DNA from: Octopus sinensis
Taxonomy: Eukaryota
Assembly (NCBI RefSeq): GCF_006345805.1
Contig: NC_043000.1
Coordinates: 32,922,001-32,986,000, forward strand
Direction of reading: 5' to 3'
Length of the DNA stretch: 64,000 bases
Position numbers and translations under genes: made by a program. Below the pieces are notes generated by a model. It saw only the letters and a program-made list of their open reading frames with translations. It did no database searches and had not been told where the DNA came from. Shown here one piece after another: positions 27,301 through 37,990 of the stretch. Within the stretch, counting starts at the first letter, position 1. Every line of letters starts with the position of its first letter.

Positions 27301-28380
27301 TGTGATTTGCCAAAGACTTAGCTACTATTTCCAGCAAGTTGAATGACCACAAAAGGAGTGGCCTCACTGGGTTATCATCATCATCATCTACCATGTTTTC
27401 CACACTGGCATGGGTCTGACCAGAGCTGGAAAGTCTAGGAGCTGTGTTAGGTTCCATTGTCAGTTTTGGCCTGGTTTCTACAGCTGGATGCCTTTCCTGA
27501 TGCCAACCTCTTTGCAGAGACTACTAAGTGCTTTTTACATGGCATACATCACTGATGCTTTTTATGCGGCACCAGCACGATGGGGTCACCAAGTACCTTG
27601 TAAGACATGAACCTCTCAAGTGGGAGACGGGGGGGGGGGGGGGGGGCGGCGGAATAGTGACCCAGGTCATTGAAGATCTGTTTGGTTACAATGCTTAAAT
27701 ATGACATTGTTGCCAATTTACAACCAGTTAGTCTCTTGCTTTAAGGATTTCAGTGAAGATGGATTAAGTGAAGACAGAGAGGAGAATGCGAAGAAGTGTT
27801 TGTTAAGTTCAGCTGCCCAAAAGGGGGGTTCAAGCTTCATCTAAGAGGGAAAGAGAAAGAATGATTTATTGTGGCTTTGGTTGTAGGAAAGGATGTGATA
27901 AAGGATGGAGCGGAACACACGAAGTTCTCTATACTCCACGAGTCAAAGTTTTCCAATTCTTTGTCCAAGTTTGCTTTGAACTAAACATTACCATTCTCCT
28001 CTATAGTATCATCTATTTCTTTACTACCCACAAGGGGCTAAACACAAAGGGGACAAACAAGGACAGACAAACGGATTAAGTCAATTACATCGACCCCAGT
28101 GCGTAACTGGTACTTAATTTATCGACCCCGAAAGGATGAAAGGCAAAGTCGACTTCGGCGGAATTTGAACTCAGAACATAACGGCAGATGAAATACGGCT
28201 ACGTATTTCGCCTGGCGTGCTAACGTTTCTATCATCATCATCATCATCATGACCGCTGCCGCCACCGCTATTATCAATATTTTACTTTACCTTTCCAAAC
28301 AGATTGACAAGAAGCTGTATTTGCTTTGTGCGACAAGGCAGAGCGTTCTGAAGTTTGGCAACGGAGTCAAGAAATGGCAT
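3158..28380 (-). CDS. ORC5: Origin recognition complex subunit 5, spliced gene model (7 coding exons in window, 754 nt; 3' exons lie beyond window start)
   Basis: Joined exons give MPFLDSVAKLQNALPCRTKQIQLLVNLFGK|KSQISPPALFIYGHTGTGKT...|CKVVWINCIECYSAKVLYEQILLKI...CDNLNDFCRLL...TIYI|VLDKAEKLRQMEPHILSGLLKLQEL|TNLNISVILLTDIVWEKFRCNTGTYEPYIIHFPDYSR|EEILEIMSLDHPKEY...VFYYVCRDLKELRHL|ASINLEKFLEPLKNGE. This is collinear with human ORC5 as recalled (FIYGHTASGKT, NCVEC, VLDKAE, IVWEKF, VCRDLKELRHL). All introns are GT-AG and phases are consistent. Confidence 0.96.
4958..5088 (-). CDS. ORC5: ORC5 coding exon 6 (131 nt)
   Basis: Acceptor ttatttccacAG. Donor GTTCGT is weak but is required for frame with exon 7. 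Contains VCRDLKELRHL. Confidence 0.92.
5126..5238. repeat. Minisatellite, 39-bp unit x about 2.9
   Basis: ggcagttaattattaaatattttagaaacaacagagtct starting at 5126, 5165 and 5204. Confidence 0.95.
5237..5691 (+). mobile_element. tRNA-derived CORE-type SINE, full length (family 1)
   Basis: tRNA-like head (GTGGCTGTGTGG A-box-like; GGGTTCA B-box-like), CORE-like GGCACCTTGGGCAAGTGTCTT, internal (TA)/(TG) microsatellite, 3' end CAGCATGGCCACAGTCAAATGACTGAAAC. Other copies: 3835-4180(+), 15090-15290(-), 32440-32700(+), 54420-54580(-). Confidence 0.88.
5760..6382 (+). mobile_element. Old RTE 3' fragment joined to a terminal module
   Basis: DSVCYLGDQISSG...MLHGSEMWAV remnants, tail at 6363-6381. Confidence 0.8.
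8629..8740 (-). CDS. ORC5: ORC5 coding exon 5 (112 nt)
   Basis: Acceptor gatatctttcAG, donor GTAAGT; contains IVWEKF...HFPDY. Confidence 0.95.
9420..10248 (+). mobile_element. Degenerate 3' part of an RLE-type (R4/Dong- or NeSL-like) non-LTR retrotransposon
   Basis: One frame with two stops: CRLCHVSVEDITRVISSC (CCHC-type knuckle, His lost)...SDIVIWD*GAKVCTIIEVSC...YGQL...FIPIIIGALG...SVSGTVKICKTFLKFQM*. This is the PD..D/ExK restriction-like endonuclease pattern. Confidence 0.8.
10511..11200 (-). mobile_element. 5'-truncated young copy of the same RTE 3' end (terminal module plus 8 array units)
   Basis: Reverse complement nearly identical to about 52450-53139; (CAT)n tail at 10511-10528. 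Confidence 0.92.
11200..11530 (+). mobile_element. Probable Penelope-like element 3' remnant
   Basis: LIKRDTTRSL-like decayed C-terminus followed by a type I hammerhead motif, an arrangement typical of PLE termini. Confidence 0.5.
11472..11519 (+). ncRNA. Type I hammerhead ribozyme motif with one core substitution (GAAA->GAAT)
   Basis: GTCT-CTGATGA-AGGGATAT(ccttc)ATATCCCT-GAAT-C(AGCT)G-TA-AGAC: stem I 4 bp, stem II 8 bp, palindromic minimal stem III. Confidence 0.75.
11925..12438 (+). mobile_element. Non-autonomous Helitron
   Basis: A|TCTATATATATAAAACTG ... CCCGAGCAACGCCGGG hairpin ... CTAG|T: 5' TC, 3' CTAG, AT target, no TSD. Confidence 0.75.
12460..12879 (-). mobile_element. CORE-type SINE family 1, full length
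   Basis: Reverse complement of the 5237-5691 family. Confidence 0.9.
13366..13440 (-). CDS. ORC5: ORC5 coding exon 4 (75 nt, Walker B region VLDKAE)
   Basis: Acceptor ttatttcttacAG, donor GTATGT. Confidence 0.95.
13622..14040 (-). mobile_element. 3' fragment of a second RTE-like family
   Basis: GSETWMLSKKLERRLDGTYTRLLMRAQNLSWKHHPT...RRVQFAGHC...AMMDREVWRT*, then an (ATG)n tail at about 13622-13640. Confidence 0.8.
14842..15045 (-). CDS. ORC5: ORC5 coding exon 3 (204 nt)
   Basis: Acceptor ccctttgttttgcAG, donor GTAAGA; lies inside listed ORF 14560..15090. Confidence 0.95.
15855..16090 (+). mobile_element. Short RLE-type (R4/Dong-like) 3' remnant ending in (TAA)n
   Basis: KVVPIGIGALGTIS...AAILGTAHVLRKV motif followed by aataataataataat. 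Confidence 0.65.
16180..16403. repeat. Long inverted repeat, arms about 103 bp, TTAA at both ends
   Basis: ttaagaaacacacaaaaaccgttagattc... versus ...gaatctaacggtttttgtgtgtttcttaa. Confidence 0.92.
16428..17440 (+). mobile_element. Old RTE-subfamily 3' end with long pyrimidine-rich 3' UTR
   Basis: QERRLHWFGDV...CGRGTPNKTW remnant, a C/T-rich stretch similar to 8890-9130, then the terminal module and (ATG)n. Confidence 0.7.
17637..17729 (-). CDS. ORC5: ORC5 coding exon 2 (93 nt, Walker A GHTGTGKT)
   Basis: Acceptor tttttaccAG, donor GTTAGC; translates KSQISPPALFIYGHTGTGKTLTVRSILDELQ. Confidence 0.95.
17913..18336 (-). mobile_element. CORE-type SINE family 1
   Basis: Reverse complement of the 5237-5691 family. 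Confidence 0.9.
19402..19558. repeat. Degenerate minisatellite (about 22-25-bp unit x 6-7)
   Basis: cattgtaaacata(a/g)ttttaatggc repeated. Confidence 0.85.
20015..20320. repeat. Long inverted repeat, about 306 bp
   Basis: tcccgtaaagggaatcacacc...ggggagacaagcaccccc versus gggggtgcttgtctcccc...ggtgtgattccctttacggga. Confidence 0.9.
20536..22830 (+). mobile_element. Degenerate 5'-truncated RTE copy (RT, PHD-like finger, 3' UTR, (ATG)n tail)
   Basis: ORF pieces 20550-21426 align to the 48769 ORF (NDWCSSTIVNCYKGKGDALDRNNYRGIKLL); several stops and frameshifts; tail at about 22803-22833. Confidence 0.92.
23095..23570. repeat. Long, older inverted repeat (core 23172-23494)
   Basis: ttcatcatgtaataataa/ttattattacatgatgaa and tgcctgcaccaat/attggtgcaggca pairs; outer arms 23095-23155 versus 23513-23570. 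Confidence 0.85.
23612..24750 (+). mobile_element. Degenerate RTE 3' fragment with complete 3' UTR
   Basis: RT C-terminal remnants, post-stop conserved block (ataaccttgtggcctatgccaggggtgtaacc), divergent hairpin units, terminal module and (ATG)n. Confidence 0.85.
26500..26770 (+). mobile_element. Degenerate RTE-type RT C-terminal fragment (third family)
   Basis: RKQKFYWAGHVARLTNNRWTHAVVERYPR motif. Confidence 0.65.
28291..28380 (-). CDS. ORC5: ORC5 coding exon 1 (90 nt, MPFLDS...LFGK)
   Basis: ATG at 28380-28378 and donor GTAAAG at 28290. A polypyrimidine/AG acceptor at 28415-28414 implies an upstream non-coding exon. Confidence 0.88.
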
Positions 28381-28573
28381 CTTGTTTGAGAGTTGATGAC
28401 TGAAGTGGAAAACCTAAAAGAAAAAAAACAGAATTAAGAAAATTCATGTAAAAAGAATAATAATAAATAATAATTAACATGGTACCTTCACTGGTGTTTT
28501 CTATGTGGCACAATTTTATTGGTGAAGTTTGAGGTTTACGTATTCATTGTGACGAAGAGCATAGAAAGGACCC

Positions 28574-28649
28574 ATCAGACACTGAGGTACATATCAGACA
28601 CTGAGGTACATATCAGACACTGAGGTACATATCAGATACTGAGGTACAT
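28574..28649. repeat. Minisatellite, 19-bp unit x4
   Basis: atcagacactgaggtacat at 28574, 28593, 28612 and 28631. Confidence 0.95.
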
Positions 28650-31600
28650 ACAGGGCATCATAACTACACCATAAGTGATTAGGTGTGACTATAGTGAAGT
28701 GGCTATTCAGGTGTGTGTAAGTGTGCAAAAGTAGGTATACAGTTATGAAAAAAAAAAGAAAACATGTACAATACTCATTTATTTTTATCAAAATAATTAA
28801 AAGTTACGAAAAAAGTATTATTATAGTTATGATAAATATATTATTATGATTAATGACAATGAAAATATCAAAAATGAGGCTAACTTTTAATTTTTATTCA
28901 TATAAAGAAATGAGTAGTATACATCATCATCATCATTTAACGTCCGCTTTCCATGCTAGCATGGGTTGGACGATTTTGACTGAGGGCAGGCGAACCAGAT
29001 GGCTGCACCAGGCTCCAATCTTGATATGGCAGAGTTTCTACAGCTGGATGCCCTTCCTAACGCCAACAACTCCGAGAGTGTAGTGGGCGCTTTTTACGTG
29101 CCACGGGCACGGAGGCCAGTCAGGCGGTACTGGCAACGACCTTGCTCAAATCTTTTTACATATGCCACCAGCACAGGTGCCAGTAAGGCGACGTTGGTAA
29201 CGATCACGCTCGAATGGTGTCCTTTTACGTGCCACTGGCACCGAAGCCAGTTGGCTGTTCTGGCAATGATCATGCTTGGATGGTGCTCTTGGCACCCTAC
29301 TAGCACAGGCACAAGTGCCAGTAAGGCGACGCTGGTAACAATCATGCTCGAATGGCGCCTTTTATGTGCCACTGGCACGGAAGCTGGTTAGCTGCTCTGT
29401 CAACGATCATGCTCGTATGGTGCTCTTTGCACCCTGATAGCACGGGCGCCAGTCATCGAATGTGATTTTGATTTTACTTGCCTCAACAGGTCTTTGCAAG
29501 CAGAGTTTAGTGTCCAAGGAAGGAAAAGGTACGTTTTCTTTTTTCATAACCGGATACCTACTTTTGCAATCTGCTGTATATAACTAAGCCATTAGTATCA
29601 TCATCACCATCATTGTTCAATGTCTATTTTCTATGCTGACATGGGTTGGACGGTTCAACAGGAACTGGTAAGGCTGGGACTTGCACCATGCTCCATCTGT
29701 TTTGGAATGGTTTATATAAATGGATGTCCTTCGCAATGCCAACCACTTTACAGAGTGTACTGGGTGCTTCGTACAAGGCGCCAGCACTGACAAGATCACC
29801 AAGTACCATGGAAGACAAAAATCCCTTCTGATGGAAGGAGGGAGTAACAGTGAAGGGCTGGTAAGCGAGAAGAATGAATCAAGCACCAGTGTTTGTTTTG
29901 GCATGGCTTTTATATGCCTGGGTACTTCTCACCAAAATCATGACCACAAGTCTCCAGCAATGGTCCACAACAACTCATTGAGGATGTCTGGACCCTGTAA
30001 CCTGAAACTGGCCATCATGACAATTTCTGACCCCTGAGAATGTTTCTTTGTCTTGGCCCTAGTTGAGATGTTCCTGCCAGAAGACCCAACTCTTTCCTGC
30101 CCTAAACATAAGGGATCCAACCATATTCAAGAAGATGCAGAATCAATTTTCTGCTGCATATTCATTGCATTAAATCATCATCTATTTATGGTCTGCAGAA
30201 ATTCTTCACAGCTGCCGACCATTTTCCTATGCTTGTATGGATCAGGTGGAATTTGCGAAGGCAGATTTCTATGGTCAGATGTTTTTCCAATTGCCAGGCT
30301 TCACTTGTTTCAGGTAAAATTTCTCCAAGGCCAGACATGTTTTTCATGGATGATTGGAAATGAACAACATTGCTTGTATGACAGAGAAGCTTGTTTACAA
30401 CCATCACATGATGTCAGGACAAGGATACAAACACACACACGTATGTATTGAGCTTCTTTCAGTTTCTTTTTACCAAATCCATTCATGAGGCTTAGATTGG
30501 CCAGTGCTGTAGAAGACCCTTGTCCAAGAGCCAAATGGTGGGACTGAACATGAAACCACAAGGTTAGGAAGCAAACTTCTCATCTCCATAGCCACACCTG
30601 TGTGTCAGGTGCATAAAATACCTGGCACACCCTGCAGACCATTGTTTAACGTCAACAATTCACATTCCCTATGCTGAGTGGCAACAAACTCAGCAATCTT
30701 CGTCTGTTTCAACCTTTGTTTTGTTGATTTTCTTTTGGAAACTCATTTCTATAATTCTATGAATGGTTTCAGTGAATGTCAGACAACTTCCTCTTTGGAC
30801 AATCAAGTTCCACCTCCTCTTCTTTCACCATTTCCTTACTCCAAATAATCTAACATTCCATTCTATTGAGACAATAAGTTTACTCTGGGTTGATAGGTAA
30901 CAACGTATATATGCATACACACCAGAATAGCAACTAACAATGAGACAAGAAGGAAGCAACTATGTGGTTGTCCAACCTGCTAGAAATAGCAGTCAAATCT
31001 CCTTAAAATTACAGACCGGCCATCTGAAACAAAGACAGAACATATCAGATAATATAGTCCTACACACCTATATAAAAGAGAGGATGGTCATGGCTGGAAT
31101 GCCTTTGATCAGGAATGTACTTGATCATGTTAAGCAACAACAATAAACAAAATATATGTAATAGAAAAGTGTAGCCAATGTGATCTGGCACTGACATGAT
31201 CGTCACAAGTTCATTGTCTGTAGTAGTAGTAGTAGTAGCAGCAGCAGCAACAGTAACTTGTAACGCAATAAACATACAGGACAATAAAAATGTTACCTTT
31301 GGCAAGATCTAACCGGTTTCTAGTAATTCGTCAGGTAAATTTATAAGTCAAGGAACAACAACAATAACGACAGCATCAAACAGCACAAAGAATAACAAAG
31401 AGATTTTTTTTCTGCTTCTTCTTCTTCCTAAACAACAACAACAACAACAGACACAACAAAAGTATTTTTAGGAGAACTGGTCTGACCGAGTCGCTCTCTC
31501 TTTCTCTTGTAAACATCTCCACCTCCAGGAATCTTTCAGGATCAACTCACACCCAACACTTGATTAACAGGTTTTACAGGTGAAATAGGTCACCGATTAA

Positions 31601-32240
31601 GCAACAAAGGTCAGAGAAATTGTTGGAGACACACACACAATCAGGAAACTCAGATATTGTTCTTTAGGATTCAAAAAAAGCAAAAAAAAAAGCTCACATT
31701 TCCCATTTTCAAAAATTCATTATTATTATTATTATTATTATTGTTATTACTATTACAAGTTTGTAGGGAGGGGAAGCAATTCAAAGATGGCTGCAGTAAA
31801 AGCTTAGATAACATTTGTCGGCGGGAATAAGCTTGGATTTCAAGAAATATTATAACAATCTGGGATTGAATATTTTCAAGAATTTGAAGCAATCATAAAG
31901 GTAAGATGATCCAATTTTATGGAATGGTGAAAAGCTGATATATATATATATTTTTAAGGTGTATGGCATGGTGGGGTAAATTTAATTTCATGGATAAAAT
32001 GATTTCAGCAAAGTGTTTTATGAAACTGAAATATGAGAAGAGCAAAATTATACATGATCCCTTTCTGCCACTTTGGTCCTATCTATAGGGTTGAATGGGG
32101 TTTAACAGGCACATCATCTGGGGCCCAGGTCATGGAAATTCCCATGTATATGTGAAGGCTCCCACTTATAACACACAAACAACTTCACTCTGGGATCCTA
32201 AAATCAATCTTATTCCTCTTCACAAAATCTCTCATAGTGG

Positions 32241-32241
<1 letters not shown>

Positions 32242-32329
<88 letters not shown>

Positions 32330-32366
32330 ATACATACATACACACACACACACACATATATATATA

Positions 32367-32432
<66 letters not shown>

Positions 32433-32440
32433 CATACATA
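32242..32440. repeat. Compound (TA)n/(CA)n/(TACA)n microsatellite with repeated blocks
   Basis: Read directly from sequence; produces the YI/HT/CV ORFs. Other microsatellites: 33600-33730 (TA), 41543-41593 (GCC/ACC), 27629-27646 poly-G, 42315-42545 AT-rich tandem repeat. Confidence 0.95.
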
Positions 32441-33593
32441 GGCACAGGAGTGGCTGTGTGGTAAGTAGCTTGCTAACCAACCACATGGTTCTGGGTTCAG
32501 TCCCACTGCGGAGATGTGTCTTCTACTATAGCCTTGGGCTGACAAAAGCCTTGTGGGTGGATTTGGTAGACAGAAACTGAAAGAAGCCTATCATATATAT
32601 ATATGTGTGTGTGTGTGTGTTTGTCCCCACAACATAGCTTGACAACTGATTCTGGTGTGTTTGCATTCCCGTAACTTGGCAGTTCGGTAAAAGAAACCTA
32701 TGACCAGACTATTTAGTGTCACAAGGAGGTACATGTTAATGCAAGGAAGATTGAATCAAAATCAATAAATATCGCTTGGATATTTACCACTTCTGAGGTT
32801 CCGCTCGCTATGAAACATATATAGCCTGGATCTTATCTACTCCATTCCACAACTCTTGTATTCTTATCACATACCCCACAACCCTGGTTGCCTGCTGAGG
32901 AATATAAAAAGAATTTTTTTCAATTTATCGTACTTCGATGAGAAAAAAAATTCTACAACTTTCCATTTCAATAAACCACTAATGTCCCTGGAAGTTGTTT
33001 TTTTTATTATTTGCTACGGTTTGCTTGAAGCTAACTTTCATCCTACACCTTGATCCTTGGATCTTATATTTGTATATATAATCATTGGTTAAGCACAATG
33101 CGAGTTTTTGAGGGAGGTAGAACTGATAAAACTGCCCCTAGAATAATTGGTGAAAATAAATTAAGACAAAACAAATCTTGAAATGGATTTTTGAACAAAC
33201 AAATGAACACACACACACAGGAGTGTTTAATGCATTCTTTCATTTGGATGTCTATATTTAAATATTGATCTCTAACAAGGCTATGTGTGGATATGCACAC
33301 ACACACACATATGTGTACTGTAGAGTCCAGCGAAACTATTTTACACATACTTAAGGGCTTTATAAAATTAAAATATAGTTTATTGTACTGAACGTTGATA
33401 AAGTGATATAAGGGCCTGATGATTGGGTTACATTTTAAGAAAGGTTCCAGGAAAACACGGAGTGGTTTAGGAACCCGAGGATGTGCCTCATGAAACACGT
33501 GTTGCCAAGTAATGAAACAGTAGGTATTTAAAATAAAAATAAAAATTCTTTTTATATGGTGAGATGTAGGGGCCTACTATCTCTAAATTAAAA

Positions 33594-33672
<79 letters not shown>

Positions 33673-34560
33673 CATGTATATATATGTGTATATATATATA
33701 TATATATATGTATAATATATATATATAACTTAGTCACAAGGTCTGCAATTTAATATAGGGATTAGTTGGTTTATATGGGCCTCAGAATTTGGTTATAATT
33801 ATTTTTTTTTTTTGATCCAGGAATGATGAAAGGTAAAGTAGGCCCTTGTAGGATTTTAAATGAATAGAAATAGATAAATAAAATGGTTTCCGTAAGATTT
33901 TCTTTGTCTTCTTTATACAAACTTAAATTTGGGTTTAACGTATCCCCTTAATTAAACATCAGCACCTGGTCCTTCAGTGATTTGTAGTTTCTTTTAACAA
34001 AATTAATTTTTTGGAAGTATTCAGGCAAGGGTCTCCGTCAGAGGATAACTTGGTGTCCTGATGTGGCAGTGCTTCTTAGTGCAGCAGCCCAGGAATCATG
34101 GTTCTACTTCCCCAGCCCCACAACCCCTACAGTCTTGGAGACTTTATAAAAGGTTATGACTGCTGCTCTTGTCTCTCTGACACAGATAACTATAAGATAT
34201 TGCAGGACCCCTAAACCCACATCATTCAGACACTGTATTTTGGTCATTTCTTGCAAAGTTCTCTCACCTTAATTTCCATTCCCCACCTGCTTCTATTTTT
34301 CGGCAGTTCCTCTGAACATACAAGGTTCTCAAAATTTACATTATTTCCTCATTTAGATTAGAAAAGTGGGGTCTCACCTGCAGCTACTGTATTTAGAAGG
34401 CTAAGAAACAACCTTGAACTCAGGTGATTTATCAGACAGTGACCCAAAGAGACACTGTACAACACTCTTATTCTCCCAATCACAGACTTTGTCTTGGAAA
34501 CTTTGACCCTAAAATCTAAAGATAAACAAAAAGTAGAACTTTTTGAAATGTGCTGTTTAA

Positions 34561-34780
34561 CCCTTTCGTTACTGTATTTATTTTGAGATGCTCTGTGTTT
34601 CTTTCAATTACTTTAAATATAACAAAGAATTTAGTAAAACAACTTAGTTATCATTAAGCTAGTGTTAGGAACATAAATTGCGACTAAGGTTTGGTGGAAG
34701 ATTTTGATCCAAAATTTATGAAAACAAGACATTTATACTCAGAGCCAGAGCCAGTTTCAGCTGGATTGGTAATGAAAGGG
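34561..34780. mobile_element. piggyBac-like MITE
   Basis: TTAA|CCCTTTCGTTAC ... GTAATGAAAGGG|TTAA (11/12 TIR match, TTAA TSD). A related decayed copy at about 19850-20456 keeps only the right end. Confidence 0.85.
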
Positions 34781-35023
34781 TTAAGGCATAGACTAGAGAT
34801 GTTACAAGACATGTGCTTCCATAAGAGATTTCCACCTGACAGTTTCAAAGACTGGGAAAGAGATGAAAATGTAAGAAGACAGCCATACCAGAATTATGAA
34901 ATGCTGATAGTTTGTCAAGTCTTACCATATTCTAGACAACATGGAAGAGTGTCTAAGAGGTAGACGTAGGCAACAGTGGAGGACACAGTCCAGAGGTACT
35001 GAGACTAACTAGATGTCATTAAC

Positions 35024-35300
35024 GATACACGGATGGGATGCCAACTGCACTTTTGCCGAAGGACAAGAAGCCGAGTGGACACAATGCCAAATGGACATAA
35101 AGCCGAACAGACAAGATGCCGAAAAGACATATGAAAATTAAAATTTAATCTCATTAAATCTTAAGTGCCAAATTGGTGAATTGGTCATTAAACTGTGTAG
35201 GTAGGAATGTTTTTTTTTAATTATTGTGTCCATTCAGCATTGAGTCCATTCGACTCCTTGTCCTTTGGCAAAAGTGCATTCAGCATCCTGTCCATGAATG
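35024..35300. mobile_element. Mutator (MULE)-like MITE
   Basis: 9-bp TSD gtcattaac at 35015-35023 and 35301-35309; about 75-bp imperfect TIRs with repeated ggac..aatgccgaa submotifs. Confidence 0.75.
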
Positions 35301-35389
35301 GTCATTAACAGTCGCTTCTGATTGTAGTGAGAGAAAATTAGGTTTTGAGGGTTATTTTTGCTTTGAAGGTCAGTTTTATTAAGCTTTAA

Positions 35390-35614
35390 CCCATTAAACC
35401 CCAGAGTACTTAAATTTCTGAATATTATTTAAAAATTTTTACAGATTATTGAAAATAGGTTAAAATGAAAAAGTAGTTATTAAAACTCCTTTACTTCAAG
35501 TAGAAATGGAAATACTCGGTGTCCTACAAATAGGACACTGATATAACAATGTGATATAGCTCATTTAATGTTCTCATTTAGTGTCCTATTTATAGAACAG
35601 TGGGACTTAATGGA
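35390..35614. mobile_element. piggyBac-like MITE (second family)
   Basis: TTAA|CCCATTAAACCCCA ... TGGGACTTAATGGA|TTAA. Confidence 0.65.
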
Positions 35615-36439
35615 TTAATATCAAAAATATTATTAAAATCCACAAACTCAAAAGGGTAAACAAGAGTTACCATTGTTCTTATTGGAATAAATGTGGAGGT
35701 GGTGGTGGTGGATCTCTGTTGTTGAACAATGAGGATTCAATTATTTGATCTACTGAGTTAGCTGCCCCTGAATTAATGCATGACTGTCTGAGTATTCCAA
35801 AGACACAAGAAGTACTCCTTAATGTAATTCTCATGGGTGGAATCAGGGTGGCACTATGTGACATAAAGCTGCACCTTTTGAAATACAGCTGCAAGCCACC
35901 CTGGTTGCTTTCTTTTATACGGTTTCCCATCTGAGTGAGGGCTGTAGAAAGAAAGATAGTTGCCTAAGACGTGATGTAGTGGATTGAACCAGGGACCTCA
36001 AGGTTACAAAGTAAGACTTCTTAACTGATTACATCCTGTTGCATTTATTGAAATATATATAAATACCCCTAAAACGGAAACAGTTTTGTCCTAAACAACT
36101 GTTCTTTAGTTTGTTCCAGTTGTTACATCAAAAGCCATACTGGAGCACTATGGAGGTGTAGTTGATAGATGGAACCATGTGTAACAGGTTGAGAAGTTTA
36201 CTTTGCAATTATCAGGTCATGGGTTCAATTTTACTGACTGGCAGTGTTGGACAGTTGTGATTTTGACTACAGCCTTGGGTCGACCCAGGCTTTCTAAGTA
36301 AAACTGGCAAATGGAAACTGTGTGGAAGCCTGTCCTATGATACAGAACATAACATGATTTTAGGGGTCTCTCAAAGAAAACAACAAAAGTCTAAAGATTT
36401 TGGCAGATCAAAGCAATAACAACAACAACACTGCCATCC

Positions 36440-37990
36440 AATGGTGCATTGTGGTCAACAGAAACACAAGACCCTGACTAATAACTATTTGGTAAGCGTC
36501 ATCCTTAACATTTGCAGAGAAAAGTCAACAAGTCATTTATGGAAATAATTGTCCTGCCAGGTTCTCTGTAAGAGTGCTGAAGGCAGCAACTTGCAAATCT
36601 CTGAAGGAAATCACTAGATGCAAGTTTCATTCCCCAAAACTTCCTCTTCCAGTTGGCCATCCTAGTTTTTTAAAAAAGATACAAATTGCTCCTAATAAAT
36701 TACTATCCTATCTCACTAACCTCTTGTATCATCAAAATATTTGAGAGAGGGAGAGAGTGATGACATGAAGAATAATTGCTTTCCTAGAGGAAAACCATTT
36801 TCTACCATCACAGTTTTCATGGTGGCAACTGGGTGACATAACCACCACACCACTTTTGATGACCTTTTAAATGCCCTGAGTGAGGGCCCCAGCACCGATG
36901 TTACATCCCTTGATTTCAATAAAGCCTTTCACAGGGTTGATCACAATGTAGTGTTAAAGAAATTATCTGACAGTGGAGTCTGTGGGAAGCTGTTGCAATG
37001 GATTGAGTGTTTCCTGAAAAACAAAACCCTACACATGAATGACGGAATCCAGCCAAGAACTGCAAAAGTCATCAGTAGAGTCCCGCAGGGTACTGTGCTG
37101 GGCCCACTTTTTATTATTTATAGAAACGACATTGCAGATTTCATCAAACATAGCAGCATGAAAATCTTTGCAGTTGAGTCTAAGTTTTAGGAAGTCTTCA
37201 AAACAATGACCGAGTGAATGAAACTTGAATCAGATCTATAAGCAGTGACCCCAGTGGACATAAGAAAAACACAACTGACTGAGGGAAAATTCAAGCTCAT
37301 CCACTTTGGAAAAGAGAACATCTTCAAACCATATTCAGTACCATCAGGAGACCTATTTGTACCTATTTCTTTACTACCCACAAGGGGCTAAACACAGAGA
37401 GAACAAAGAAGGACAGACAAATGGATTAAGTCGATTATATCGACCCTGAAAGGATGAAAGGCAAAGTTGACCTCAGCGGAATTTGAACTCAGAACGTATC
37501 GGCAGACGAAATACTGCAAAGCATTTTGCCCGGTATGCTAACGTTTCTGCCAGTTCGCCTTAGGAGACCCATTTGTACCATTGAATAATATCAGAGATTT
37601 AGGTGTAACTGTCAGCAAAAATTTGTACAGCACACATTAACAAAGAAGTCGATATGGCCCTCAGAATGTGCTCATAGATCCTCAGAACTCTTCAGTCTAG
37701 ACATCGTGAAACCATCATGCTGGGTCTCACTTCAAATACTGCTGCCCATTGCGGTCCCTTTGCACAAAACAAAATATATTGTGGATTGAAACATTGCAGA
37801 GAGTCTTGCTTTATTCAACATCATCCTGAAGGAAATTAATGTAGAAAAAGACCCCACAACATTCAAATGGTACCTGGACAAATTCCTCTAAAAAGTACCA
37901 GACAAACCACCAACACATGTGGGTACGTCTCAGGCAGCAATAGCTCTTTGCTTGAATGGTCTACAGTGTCCCGAAGCAGAACTTAAAAGA
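36440..37990 (+). mobile_element. Degenerate CR1/L2-clade LINE RT remnant
   Basis: DFNKAFHRVDHNVVLKKL...VPQGTVLGPLFIIYRNDI...MKIFA; many disablements; interrupted by a SINE. Confidence 0.8.
37364..37561 (-). mobile_element. SINE family 2 inserted in a CR1-like remnant with an 18-bp TSD
   Basis: aggagacctatttgtacc (37346-37363) and aggagacccatttgtacc (37562-37579) flank the SINE. Other family 2 copies: 8302-8500(+), 25626-25810(+), 28014-28230(-), 38090-38295(+). Confidence 0.9.

Noticed and set aside
32095-32545. ORFs rich in YI/HT/CV
   Set aside because: Translations of (TA)n/(CA)n microsatellites; the same applies to many short listed ORFs.
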